A stretch of DNA of 63,154 bases from positions 1 through 63,154 of the forward strand of contig CALRDL010000003.1 of NCBI GenBank assembly GCA_943354905.1, in the 5' to 3' direction. Origin of the DNA: Candidatus Nomurabacteria bacterium. Lineage in GTDB: Bacteria; Patescibacteriota; Minisyncoccia; Phycocordibacterales; UBA9973. The notes beneath the pieces were generated by a model, which was not told the origin of the DNA, did not search any database, and saw only the letters and a program-made list of their open reading frames with translations. Each line of letters opens with the position of its first letter. Position 1 is the first letter of the stretch. Position numbers and translations under genes: made by a program. This document shows, piece by piece, positions 6,901-14,576 of this stretch.

Positions 6901-8702
6901 GCGTAATTCACCGAGTAAATATCGACGCCAGCACGCGAAATAACTCGTAACCCCAGAGGACTATCGCTAGAATCATAGTCATAAAATGTTTCCTCGCCCT
7001 TTTGATTCACCGAAGAACGGAGTACTCCCAGAGAATCGTAAGTGTTTTTTACTTCAATCTTCTTTTGAACCTTTTTGACTTTGGTCTCCGGTTTGACTGG
7101 TGCCTCTAAAGTCTCTTTGGGTGGAGGAGGTAGTTCTAGTATGTTTATCTCGGGAGCGGGAATGAAAACTTCTGCAGATTCGGCGCTAGTTTCACCTTCG
7201 GCAAAAGCGTAGGATAGATTCCTCTCCCAGATTCCAATCAATTTATTTTGCAGCCAAGAGATTGGACCACTCACAGTTTCGGGCGCTTCTTTTATTTCTG
7301 TTTTTGCTTCCTCTACTATTACTTCTTTCACTTCTGTCTTTACTTCCGTCTTTACTTCTGTCGTCGTTTCCTCTACTTTTGTCTTTGTTCTTTCTTCCTT
7401 TACTTCTTCTGCTATCGTTTCCTTTACTTCTACCTTCACTTCCGTCTTTACTTCTGCTTTCACTTCTTCTACTGTCACTTCCTCTTCAAACGGCAAGGTA
7501 ATGGAAAGACCGCTCGGGTTATTATTTTTGTCATATGAAACTTTTGTCTCTTGGGTGACGGAAGAAGTATTAGCAAAGGCGATCAACTTGGCGCCTCGGT
7601 ACAGAGAGGCCACTTTTGACTTTATTTTTCTAAAAATGGAGTGAAAAAGAGAAACACTACCCATCTCCTTGGTGGAGTTGTCTCTTTCTATAACTTCTGA
7701 CTTTTTCTCTACCATAGCGCTTTTCTCTAAAATCTTCGTTCCAATCACACTGCCCAATTCATCATACTGATACTGAATCTCATTATCATCGTCATTGAAC
7801 TGCCCTACTAGGTTACCAGCCTCATCATATTGAAATCTTGTTTCGCTGTCATTTGTGGCGATGCGTTCTATCTCCCCGCCCTCGGAATAGGCAAGGTTTA
7901 CTTGTTTGGCACTTTCGTCGGCAAAAGCAAAGTTTAAGAGAGGATATATAGTACGTTCCAAAAAGGAAAGCTTGCTGGTGTCCACTGGCCTTTCCACATA
8001 CATACTGGTAAGTCGGCCCTTGGCATCATAGGCATAGTAAGTGATACTGCCATCGGGTTTGGTAATCTTGATGGGCTCGCCAGCCTCGTTGTATTCAGCC
8101 AGGGTGGCATTACCCCTCTCGTCTGCTACAATAATCGGCCGGTCCTCTTCATTGAGAGTGATTTTCTCTATTTCGCTTTTGGTATCCGTGATGATAAGAG
8201 TATTGTTCTGTTCGTTGTAAACCACCCCGTCGTATTTATCCGCTAGCTTCACACCTAGAGTGGCTGGGGCGGATGCTCCGCCTCCTTCACCCCAAGTGGA
8301 AGTTTGTGCTTGAGCTATTTCTTTGTTTTCCTGATTTTCTGTCTGGGCGACTTCCTCATTCTTTTCTGTAATTTTTTCCGCTATTTCTTCAAAATTTTCT
8401 TTGACTGCTTCTAAAAGACCGGCCGGGGTTTCAGTTTTTAGTTTAAGGGCCGCATTTTTTAATACTTTTTTAGACTTTTGAGCGATGGTACTTTCTGCAG
8501 TTCTATCTTTATCTTTATTTGCGTATTCTGAAAGATATCTCTGTTTGGCATTTTCTTTCTTAAAAACGGTTTCCCGGCCAGAGAAGTCTAGGAATTCAGG
8601 GATTAGCGGTTGGAGAGGAGCGAAGATCATTATGAAAATAACCAGCCCAGAGATAAAATTGGGTAGTAATTTACTCCATTTATATTTATTCTTTTTTTTC
8701 AT
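3939..8702 (-). CDS. Membrane-anchored RHS/YD-repeat polymorphic toxin with a long post-core C-terminal extension
   Basis: N-terminal TM (LVIFIMIFAPL). Many YD repeats (YDAKGRLTS, YQYDELGSV, FTYDESNQLSKVTD, YEYDGNQLTRTVYPDGS, YEHDKAGQLVKKTD). RHS core end YDPALGRFYSKDP...YIYGLNDPINFSDPTGH, with the DPTGH codons at nt 6024-6038. This is followed by about 695 aa: a helical region, a PAPAPKP linker, a He_PIG-like Ig domain, two TM helices and a tail. Confidence 0.85.
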   Translation of the reverse strand: MKKKNKYKWSKLLPNFISGLVIFIMIFAPLQPLIPEFLDFSGRETVFKKENAKQRYLSEYANKDKDRTAESTIAQKSKKVLKNAALKLKTETPAGLLEAVKENFEEIAEKITEKNEEVAQTENQENKEIAQAQTSTWGEGGGASAPATLGVKLADKYDGVVYNEQNNTLIITDTKSEIEKITLNEEDRPIIVADERGNATLAEYNEAGEPIKITKPDGSITYYAYDAKGRLTSMYVERPVDTSKLSFLERTIYPLLNFAFADESAKQVNLAYSEGGEIERIATNDSETRFQYDEAGNLVGQFNDDDNEIQYQYDELGSVIGTKILEKSAMVEKKSEVIERDNSTKEMGSVSLFHSIFRKIKSKVASLYRGAKLIAFANTSSVTQETKVSYDKNNNPSGLSITLPFEEEVTVEEVKAEVKTEVKVEVKETIAEEVKEERTKTKVEETTTEVKTEVKTEVKEVIVEEAKTEIKEAPETVSGPISWLQNKLIGIWERNLSYAFAEGETSAESAEVFIPAPEINILELPPPPKETLEAPVKPETKVKKVQKKIEVKNTYDSLGVLRSSVNQKGEETFYDYDSSDSPLGLRVISRAGVDIYSVNYAYTSSKQYSSRSDSFGQKNKFTYDESNQLSKVTDSTGVITSYTHNERGNRMVKEGVSGRITYEYDGNQLTRTVYPDGSATIYEHDKAGQLVKKTDIKGDTKSETGYGYDAFGYINSIILPDGKVISYTLDSLHRRIKRETSNNTLNFTYDGQNMTTVKDGSGKIIRQYFYDAKGKIIAMAVDKKVYTVTRDSHNSIVALVDDNSNIVAKFSYDEFGAQKSSLDNSIYSDFLYAGYFYDQEAQLYLLGPRAYDPALGRFYSKDPLPGELENTLTQNEYIYGLNDPINFSDPTGHAAEKSNQGMSIRAILASATETIADLQQLAANAVDRLANVITNEDRQRLELAYDLTVAAIDRTNSLIDDLIAYNQKQVERLLVANATAKAQEAITSTSSSLHQALPANLNQSPPGEESTTLPERTQEDQRLIDKPTSTTDPTDPVSWLKNKIFGWFGFKLVNVYANEDSTVRVEQPAQVSADVSERRQARDDKNNLLQNQFNAVIEIHTGADAAYQLLNQDDRELIKTDTYESSVNIPVAEPSTIPNSQKTDEVQTKDKTSMRSKLLKNIFGFFTIKTAHAAPRRAPAPAPKPAPAPRAPAPKPSPAPIVKPVPAPVIKSIPAPVVKVKPVPAPIIKPTLLSKPVIQPTPKKPTIPNPIVNAPPIPIAPILSISTISLPFAKQNTTYSQSVAIQGGKAPYKVTLESGSLPRGVSLTTGGTLSGKSTSITSSSFTLKVTDALGKTATRVLSLAVNKVSNALTTLAVATTKQAVATTNAPAKPAVSVPKAPTSVVNTVVPAIKNVVVGIGKVVMGGVGTVVNAVKKHPYVAGTVVVIAGVASCVAWCPPGFVAGVVTTVGTGVTWASAKIADIVAKFGNVGSSLIANATRLLNGASTKLLTTPEREIIANVIQNQKLKDGFSYLYKITDELPGGTAGAVKFYAETGKLVGGSTHIITATERITSLEKILMSPGLSQSDIEIANLLLKQLKNAVSLIK
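7293..7490 (-). repeat. In-frame tandem E/V/K/T-rich repeat inside the RHS gene
   Basis: The DNA shows reiterated cttctgtcttta/cttccgtcttta-type units. The protein reads EEVKAEVKTEVKVEVKE...TEVKTEVKTEVKE (aa 405-470). Confidence 0.8.
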
Positions 8703-8730
8703 TTATATACTGATGAGTAATAATACAAAA

Positions 8731-8758
8731 GCCACCCGGACTAGAGGTGGCTTTTTTT
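8731..8758. terminator. GC-rich hairpin with flanking A/T runs between tatD and the RHS gene
   Basis: gccacc-cggactaga-ggtggc, followed by T7 on the plus strand and preceded by A4. It could terminate the tatD transcript on the minus strand. Confidence 0.4.
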
Positions 8759-8974
8759 AATAAATACTAAAAGAGAAAAAATGATTGCAAAATAAACATT
8801 TTGGGGACTTTTTAGCCCCAAGAGTTTGCTAAGCGGGAGTTCAATTGGAATTGATTGAACCATATATCCCAACCCTAACAAATCAGAAATTAAATGTCAA
8901 TAGTTTTTTTATTTTTTTATCAAGGGGCAACCCATATTCACCTCCCCTGACAAGGGGAGACTGGAGGGGTTGAA

Positions 8975-9847
8975 TTATATTCCAAAGACTCGCTTGGCAT
9001 TGGCTACGATAGCTTCGGCTACTTCTTCTTCTCTCAAACCTTTTATTTCAGCAATCTTTTTGACTATCTCTTTTACATAAACAGGCTCATTTCGCTTGCC
9101 TCTATGGGGTACAGGCGACACATAAGGTGAATCAGTCTCCGACATTATCCTGTCTAAGGGCGTATTTCTAATAACTTCATCGTAATCATGAGTAAATGTG
9201 ATAACTCCAGTAAAAGACAATGTGAAACCAAAATCCAAAAATGCTTTAGCTTCTTCTAGCCCTCCCGCAAAAAAATGGACATCACCTCGAACTTTTGAAT
9301 ATTGTTTCAAAATTTCTAATGCATCAAAATATGCGTTTCGGATTGCTTGTGGTGAGCTTGCTTGCCCTAAACTTGTTGAAGGAGTCGAACCATTGCGTAT
9401 ATGCAACATAAGAGGTTTGTTAAATTCATTAGCAAGTTCTATCTGGCTTATAAAGTCTTCCTTTTGTTTTTTCATAGACGCTTCGTCGCATCTAAAATAA
9501 TCCAACCCACACTCTCCTACCCCCACTACTTTTGGATCTTTCAAAAGCTCTCGATATTTTTCTTTATCAAAATTTTCTCCACGAGAAGTAAATCCCACTC
9601 CACCAACGCCCAATTCTTTTTCATCATGAAAAGAAGCTCCAGTGTGGATCGGATGAAGTCCGATGATAGCGTAAACACCTTCTTCATATTTATTGGCAAG
9701 CTCTATCGCACTCCTCGAAGTGTCTATTTGTGTCCCAACATTGATAACCCAAGTATTATTATCCAAAGCACGTCGAATCACCTCGTCTCGATCCTCGTCG
9801 AAAGCTTTAAAATTCACATGGCTATGGATGTCGATGTATTTTGGCAT
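8975..9847 (-). CDS. tatD: TatD-family metal-dependent hydrolase/DNase
   Basis: The start MPKYIDIHSHVNF, GECGLDYF and the overall layout fit TatD. About 18 extra aa (STPSTSLGQASSPQ) map to a GC-rich patch. Confidence 0.85.
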   Translation of the reverse strand: MPKYIDIHSHVNFKAFDEDRDEVIRRALDNNTWVINVGTQIDTSRSAIELANKYEEGVYAIIGLHPIHTGASFHDEKELGVGGVGFTSRGENFDKEKYRELLKDPKVVGVGECGLDYFRCDEASMKKQKEDFISQIELANEFNKPLMLHIRNGSTPSTSLGQASSPQAIRNAYFDALEILKQYSKVRGDVHFFAGGLEEAKAFLDFGFTLSFTGVITFTHDYDEVIRNTPLDRIMSETDSPYVSPVPHRGKRNEPVYVKEIVKKIAEIKGLREEEVAEAIVANAKRVFGI

Positions 9848-9910
9848 GTTGTTTATTATAATAATACCACTTTTCTACTATCCAACATTATAAATTATAC
9901 CCCCACCTCG

Positions 9911-9932
9911 CCTCCCCCTACTTAGGGGGAGG
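9911..9932. repeat. GC-rich palindromic element, family A (cctcccccta-ct-tagggggagg)
   Basis: Perfect 10-bp arms. Near-identical copy at 37380-37401. Confidence 0.85.
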
Positions 9933-9976
9933 AAAAATCTCTACATAGCAATATGCCATGAATTTGTATTTCTTAG

Positions 9977-10000
9977 CCCTCACCCTATGTAGGGGGAGGG
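9977..10000. repeat. Family A palindrome variant (ccctcaccct-atgt-agggggaggg)
   Basis: One arm mismatch. Lies 13 nt downstream of the metG stop. Confidence 0.7.
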
Positions 10001-10013
10001 TTGGGTGGGGGTA

Positions 10014-11459
10014 TTATTCCTTCCTCATAAACAAAGGTTTCTCTGGTTTTTTATTTTCTTTAATTAATTTTTTTAATAAAATATTTGTCTCTGGCATTAT
10101 TGGATTAAGCATCCGAGTGATACGATACAAACGTACAACCATACTTGTTATGAATTCTTTTCCCTTTTTTTCGTCCACTTTAATAACTTTAAATGGTTCA
10201 GTTTCTTGAATAAATTTATCTAACTCGCCTATTTCGTGCCAAACAATATCCACCGCTTGTTTAATATCAAATTTTTCAAAAAAACTAAAATATTCTGTAA
10301 AATCATCGTCCTCTCTAATCTCTGGACACTTTTCTAAATATTTCTCTGAAAGAGTCAAAATTCGTGAAGCTAAATTCCCCAATCCATTCGCAAGTCCTGC
10401 ATTGTATGCTTCTTTAAATCTCTCCATAGTAAAAGGACTGTCCTCGAAATTAGAAATTTCTTTCGCTAAAAAAAATCGGAGTGCATCTGTGCCATATTCT
10501 TTCACCACTTCCACGGGATCTATAACATTTCCTAATGTTTTTGACATTTTTATTCCACCTTCGGCTGTGATAAATCCATCGATAATTATTTGATAGGAAT
10601 TTGGCAGACCGGCAGCCATAAGCATGGATTGCCACATCGCAGATTGAAAACGCAGATTGTCTTTACCGCAATATTGAGTCGGAGTTCCATTTTTCCAATA
10701 TTTATCAAAAGTTTCTACATCGTCCGGCCATCCTAAGGTCGAAATGTAACTTGTAAGTGCATCAAACCAGACATACATAACGTGATTCGGATCTCCAGGA
10801 ACTTCTATTCCCCAAGGCATTTTGGATTTCAAGCGCGAAATAGAAAAGTCCTGCAAACCCCTTTCAACAAAAGCTTTTATTTCATTAAATCGAAAATCAG
10901 GAACAACAAAACTTGGGTTTTCTGCATAAAATTTTAATAATTTTTCTCCGAATTCAGAATATTTAAAAAAATAATTTTCTTCTTCGATAATTTCAAGTTC
11001 ACGACTTGTGTGAATAGAACATTTCCCATCAACTAATTCAGAATCACTCTTACTCTCTTCGCAGCCAACGCAATACTTAGCTTGATAATTCTTCTTGTAA
11101 ATATACCCATTGTCGAAAACTCTTTTCCAAAATTCCAGAGCTGTTTTTACATGTTTTTCTTCTGTGGTACGAATAAAACGAAGATCTGGATCCATGCCGA
11201 AAATTTTTACAGATTCTTTGAAATGCAAAAAACTCTCATCAACAAATTCCTGCGGAGTTTTACTGAGAGATGTAGCTTTTTCGTGGATTTTCATACCATG
11301 CTCATCTGTGCCTGTGTTAAAGAACACGTCAAACCCTATAAGTTTTTTGTAACGTACAACAATATCTGCTCGAATAAATTCGAGAGCATGGCCCATATGA
11401 AGATCGGCGTTAACGTAAGGAAGTGTAGTTGTCAGGTAAAAACTTTTCTTGTCAGTCAT
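10014..11459 (-). CDS. metG: Methionyl-tRNA synthetase
   Basis: PYVNADLHMGHALE (HIGH) and KMSKTLGN (KMSKS) motifs; 481 aa. Confidence 0.9.
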   Translation of the reverse strand: MTDKKSFYLTTTLPYVNADLHMGHALEFIRADIVVRYKKLIGFDVFFNTGTDEHGMKIHEKATSLSKTPQEFVDESFLHFKESVKIFGMDPDLRFIRTTEEKHVKTALEFWKRVFDNGYIYKKNYQAKYCVGCEESKSDSELVDGKCSIHTSRELEIIEEENYFFKYSEFGEKLLKFYAENPSFVVPDFRFNEIKAFVERGLQDFSISRLKSKMPWGIEVPGDPNHVMYVWFDALTSYISTLGWPDDVETFDKYWKNGTPTQYCGKDNLRFQSAMWQSMLMAAGLPNSYQIIIDGFITAEGGIKMSKTLGNVIDPVEVVKEYGTDALRFFLAKEISNFEDSPFTMERFKEAYNAGLANGLGNLASRILTLSEKYLEKCPEIREDDDFTEYFSFFEKFDIKQAVDIVWHEIGELDKFIQETEPFKVIKVDEKKGKEFITSMVVRLYRITRMLNPIMPETNILLKKLIKENKKPEKPLFMRKE

Positions 11460-11471
11460 AACAGTTTAAAA

Positions 11472-12563
11472 TTATTTAATATTGGTTCTCGCCAAATTTT
11501 TATTCTTTTCAATATCACTCAAGAATTCCATCACGATGACAGCGACTGGGATAGAAAGAATTATGCCCCAAATACCACCGAGTTCAAAGCCAATCAAAGC
11601 CGACAAGATGATGACTATCGGAGAGAGACCAACTATTTTTTTAATAATAAGTGGAGAAAAGAGGAAAACTTCAAATTGATGCACTATGATATAAGCCCCA
11701 GTCGCCATCAAAGCGCTCTCGATTCCTCCAGAAAGGTAAGAAAAAGAAAAAGCAGGAATGAGTGCCACCAAAATACCATAAGGTACTAGCTCCATTATCC
11801 CAGCAATAATAGCGAGCAAAAGAGCGTATTTTATTCCTATCAGAGAAAGAATTAGGTATATTAAAACAGCCACGATCAGCCCGAGAAGCATTTGACCCTT
11901 GACCCAGAGAGCAATCTTTTTACTGGAACGATCCCATAAATCCACCACATAATCTTCGTACTGAATCGGAAAAACAATGCGCAGGAAATTTTCTATCCCC
12001 TTTTCTTGGATTGATAAATAAAACGAAACGAGGATGATGGTCACAAAGTTAAAAATACTTCCAAAGGCCACGGAAACTGTTTGGAAAAATCCTCCAGACA
12101 AATTGGAGACGAATGTTTTAGATACTTCGAGAAGAGCTGCTAATGAAAAATTATTTGAAAGAGTCCCGACAATATCCTTGGCTCCAGCAAAAGATTCACT
12201 TTGAAAATAATTCAAAAATGAAGAACTCGGAATATATGAAGAAAAGAAGGTTGAGAAATTATAAATTTCGGTAATGAGTAATGGGGCAAAAAGATAAAAC
12301 ATACCAACAAGTCCCAGTAACCAAAAAGTATATAAAATAACTATTCCAAAAACTCGACCGATCCCTATGCGTGCAAAAGTCGGGACAGAAGACTCTACAA
12401 AAGAAGCTATGACGATGGAAGTCAAAACAACTAAAAGTAAATCACGCAAAACCCACAATAGAAAAACACCCAGACAAACCAATACAGCCCGGATCATGGT
12501 GCTAGTAGATATAGAAAAAGGATTTGTTGTGTTAGCACTGAACATAAAAATATAATACCACAA
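11472..12563 (-). CDS. AI-2E/PerM (UPF0118) family membrane transporter
   Basis: 363 aa and polytopic, with the composition typical of the family. Confidence 0.65.
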   Translation of the reverse strand: MWYYIFMFSANTTNPFSISTSTMIRAVLVCLGVFLLWVLRDLLLVVLTSIVIASFVESSVPTFARIGIGRVFGIVILYTFWLLGLVGMFYLFAPLLITEIYNFSTFFSSYIPSSSFLNYFQSESFAGAKDIVGTLSNNFSLAALLEVSKTFVSNLSGGFFQTVSVAFGSIFNFVTIILVSFYLSIQEKGIENFLRIVFPIQYEDYVVDLWDRSSKKIALWVKGQMLLGLIVAVLIYLILSLIGIKYALLLAIIAGIMELVPYGILVALIPAFSFSYLSGGIESALMATGAYIIVHQFEVFLFSPLIIKKIVGLSPIVIILSALIGFELGGIWGIILSIPVAVIVMEFLSDIEKNKNLARTNIK

Positions 12564-12593
12564 AGAAGCCCGAAATACCTAGAGAGGTTTCGT

Positions 12594-13862
12594 TTATAAT
12601 TTTAATATTTTTAGAAATCTTGCTTTTTCTTTAAACGGACCAATTAAAGCCAGATTCAGCTTTTTATTTTGAAAAATTTCTTTGGCTAGAGTTTGGATTT
12701 GCAAAGCTGTAACTTTACGAATATCTTTTGCTTTTTCATCAGCACTTTTTATTTCTTTCTTGAGTAATTCTTGTCCACCATAAAAGTTTGCAATGTCGTC
12801 AGAAGACTCGAGAGTGAGTTTCATATTTCCGATCAGACATTCTTTAACTTTATTTAATTCTTCTTCAAGAACTATCTCATCTTTAAGTTTTTTGCATTCG
12901 AGAAGAACAGCACGCAAGACTTCGTCAATCCTTTTATTATCTACTCCCGCAGATATCTGGAAAAATCCGTGATCAGTATATGCATCGTTGTAAGCACGGA
13001 CATAATATCCGACTCCCATCTCTTCCCGCAATTTCACAAAAAGTCTAGAGCTCATTCCTCCTCCAAGAATTCCACCCAAAACAGAAAGGACTGCGTTATT
13101 TTTATAAAATAAATCATAACTACGCACACCGAGAACGAAATGCGTCTGATCTGTCTTTTTATAATTCACAAGAACCTCCGGTTTATTTTGTTTTTCCTCC
13201 ACTTTTATTTTATTTCCCTTCTTGCCACGAGATACGAAGCCAAAAATCTTTTTCACTTCATTCATGACTTCTTTTTCAGTCACAGATCCGGCCACCACTA
13301 GAGTCGTCGCTTCCGGAAGATAATGCTCGCTTTTATATTTCACAAAATCATCTCGCTTCATCGCTAAAATATTTTTCTTTTCTCCGGCAATGTTCCAACC
13401 AGCTGGTTGGTCGCCATATAACAATTTCATAAACAAATCTTGCACATGCCTAGAAGGCATATCTTCGTACATATTGATCTCCTCGATTATCACCCCTTTT
13501 TCCCGTTGCATTTCTATTTCAGGAAAAGTAGAATTTAAATAAATGTCTGAAACAATATCGAAAATTTGTCTGAAATGTCTAGCATCTGATTTTGCATAAT
13601 ACCCTGTATATTCTTGAGCGGTGAAAGCGTTATACTGGCTACCGAGGGCGTCTAATTCCTTTGAAATATCGACACCCTTTGGTCTTTTTAGAGTTCCTTT
13701 GAAACACATATGCTCCAAGAAGTGAGAAATACCGTTCACCTTTTTTTCTTCATATTTTGACCCAGCTTCGACAAGCACCAAGACCGTCACCGTCGGATTA
13801 TCTTTCATCGGCACAGTAATCACCCGCAAACCATTTTTTAAAATTTTTTTTATGTATTTCAT
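12594..13862 (-). CDS. M16 (pitrilysin/insulinase) family zinc peptidase
   Basis: HFLEHMCFKGT inverted zinc motif (HxxEH); 422 aa. Confidence 0.85.
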   Translation of the reverse strand: MKYIKKILKNGLRVITVPMKDNPTVTVLVLVEAGSKYEEKKVNGISHFLEHMCFKGTLKRPKGVDISKELDALGSQYNAFTAQEYTGYYAKSDARHFRQIFDIVSDIYLNSTFPEIEMQREKGVIIEEINMYEDMPSRHVQDLFMKLLYGDQPAGWNIAGEKKNILAMKRDDFVKYKSEHYLPEATTLVVAGSVTEKEVMNEVKKIFGFVSRGKKGNKIKVEEKQNKPEVLVNYKKTDQTHFVLGVRSYDLFYKNNAVLSVLGGILGGGMSSRLFVKLREEMGVGYYVRAYNDAYTDHGFFQISAGVDNKRIDEVLRAVLLECKKLKDEIVLEEELNKVKECLIGNMKLTLESSDDIANFYGGQELLKKEIKSADEKAKDIRKVTALQIQTLAKEIFQNKKLNLALIGPFKEKARFLKILKL

Positions 13863-13868
13863 ATTATT

Positions 13869-14204
13869 TTATAATTTAGTAAAAAAATTAATTAATTTAT
13901 TTTTTAGAACAATTTTATTATCTTTACTTAAAAAACCAATTTTTTTTAAAATTAAACTTTTATGTAAAATATTTATTTTCCAGATTTTAACGACAGAATC
14001 GACAGCCAAGTTATTGATATTATCCCTTCTAAGAATAAAATCGTGCCCGGATTCTTTATTTAATTGTGAACTTATAAATATCACTAACACATCTTGTTCG
14101 TGTTCTTTTAGTATCAAACAGGGTCTTCTTTTAAAAGAAGTTAGATCTGAAAATGGAAAAGAAACTAACACTATATCTCCAAAACTGAATTTAGTAGTTT
14201 TCAT
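13869..14204 (-). CDS. mazF: PemK/MazF-family type II toxin
   Basis: GDIVLVSFPFSDLTSFKRRPCLIL N-terminus. Overlaps the upstream antitoxin by 14 nt. Confidence 0.75.
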   Translation of the reverse strand: MKTTKFSFGDIVLVSFPFSDLTSFKRRPCLILKEHEQDVLVIFISSQLNKESGHDFILRRDNINNLAVDSVVKIWKINILHKSLILKKIGFLSKDNKIVLKNKLINFFTKL

Positions 14205-14532
14205 ATAGATCCGGCTCTTTTTTCAAAAAATCCAAAGACTTATTGGAAGATAAAAATCTAATATTTTCAACTAAACCCTCATAATTATTCCTCCAATAAC
14301 TGTCTTCACCTCCGAGGTCTTCCAATGAATGATCGGCGTCTTTGTTTTTTATTGACATTTTTAAAGATGCCTCAGATTTTACTTTTATAATTTTAACAGG
14401 CTTTAGTAAAAGATACCTGCCATATTTTTCAAATTCCAATCCAGCCCCATCTTCAATACGCAAATAATTTGATAACTGTTTTGGTATTCGTACAGCCAGA
14501 CTATTGCCCCATTTTGTTGCTTTTGTAATCAT
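14191..14532 (-). CDS. mazE: AbrB/MazE/SpoVT-family antitoxin
   Basis: TKWGNSLAVRIPKQL swapped-hairpin motif. Confidence 0.75.
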   Translation of the reverse strand: MITKATKWGNSLAVRIPKQLSNYLRIEDGAGLEFEKYGRYLLLKPVKIIKVKSEASLKMSIKNKDADHSLEDLGGEDSYWRNNYEGLVENIRFLSSNKSLDFLKKEPDLYENY

Positions 14533-14539
14533 GATTTAA

Positions 14540-14559
14540 GTATATACACATGTATATAC
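14540..14559. promoter_or_regulatory. Candidate MazE operator: two copies of the self-complementary octamer gtatatac
   Basis: gtatatac at 14540-14547 and 14552-14559, located 8-27 nt upstream of the mazE start. Confidence 0.45.
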
Positions 14560-14576
14560 ATTGTCAACATAATTAA

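Noticed and set aside
4452-8760. Plus-strand ORFs overlapping the RHS gene (4452-4682, 4477-4869, 4900-5337, 5621-5839, 6089-6518, 7248-7538, 8485-8760), plus 541-876, 1639-2126 and the minus-strand alternative-frame ORFs 601-798, 5021-5215 and 6059-6316
   Set aside because: These are antisense or alternate-frame shadows of long, well-supported minus-strand genes. Their translations are low-complexity (poly-L/F/S, G/A/T runs) and mirror the repeats of the real frame.
9341-9394. tRNA-like fragment (ggttcgactcc ... ctcacca) within the tatD insert
   Set aside because: It only resembles a T-loop. No acceptor, D or anticodon arms can be drawn, and it lies in frame inside a CDS. I found no convincing tRNA or rRNA anywhere by eye, though a tRNAscan/Infernal run is needed to be sure.
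9911-10000. Palindromic repeats considered as a possible CRISPR array
   Set aside because: The copies are not regularly spaced direct repeats with unique spacers. They are dispersed across the window, often inside genes, and no cas genes are present.
9198-11789. Plus-strand ORFs antisense to tatD, metG and the AI-2E gene (for example 9401-9925 and 11082-11789). Similar antisense ORFs occur elsewhere (15266-16420, 37182-37949, 50309-51025 and others).
   Set aside because: They overlap confidently identified conserved genes on the other strand. Their F/S/I/K-rich composition is typical of AT-rich antisense frames.
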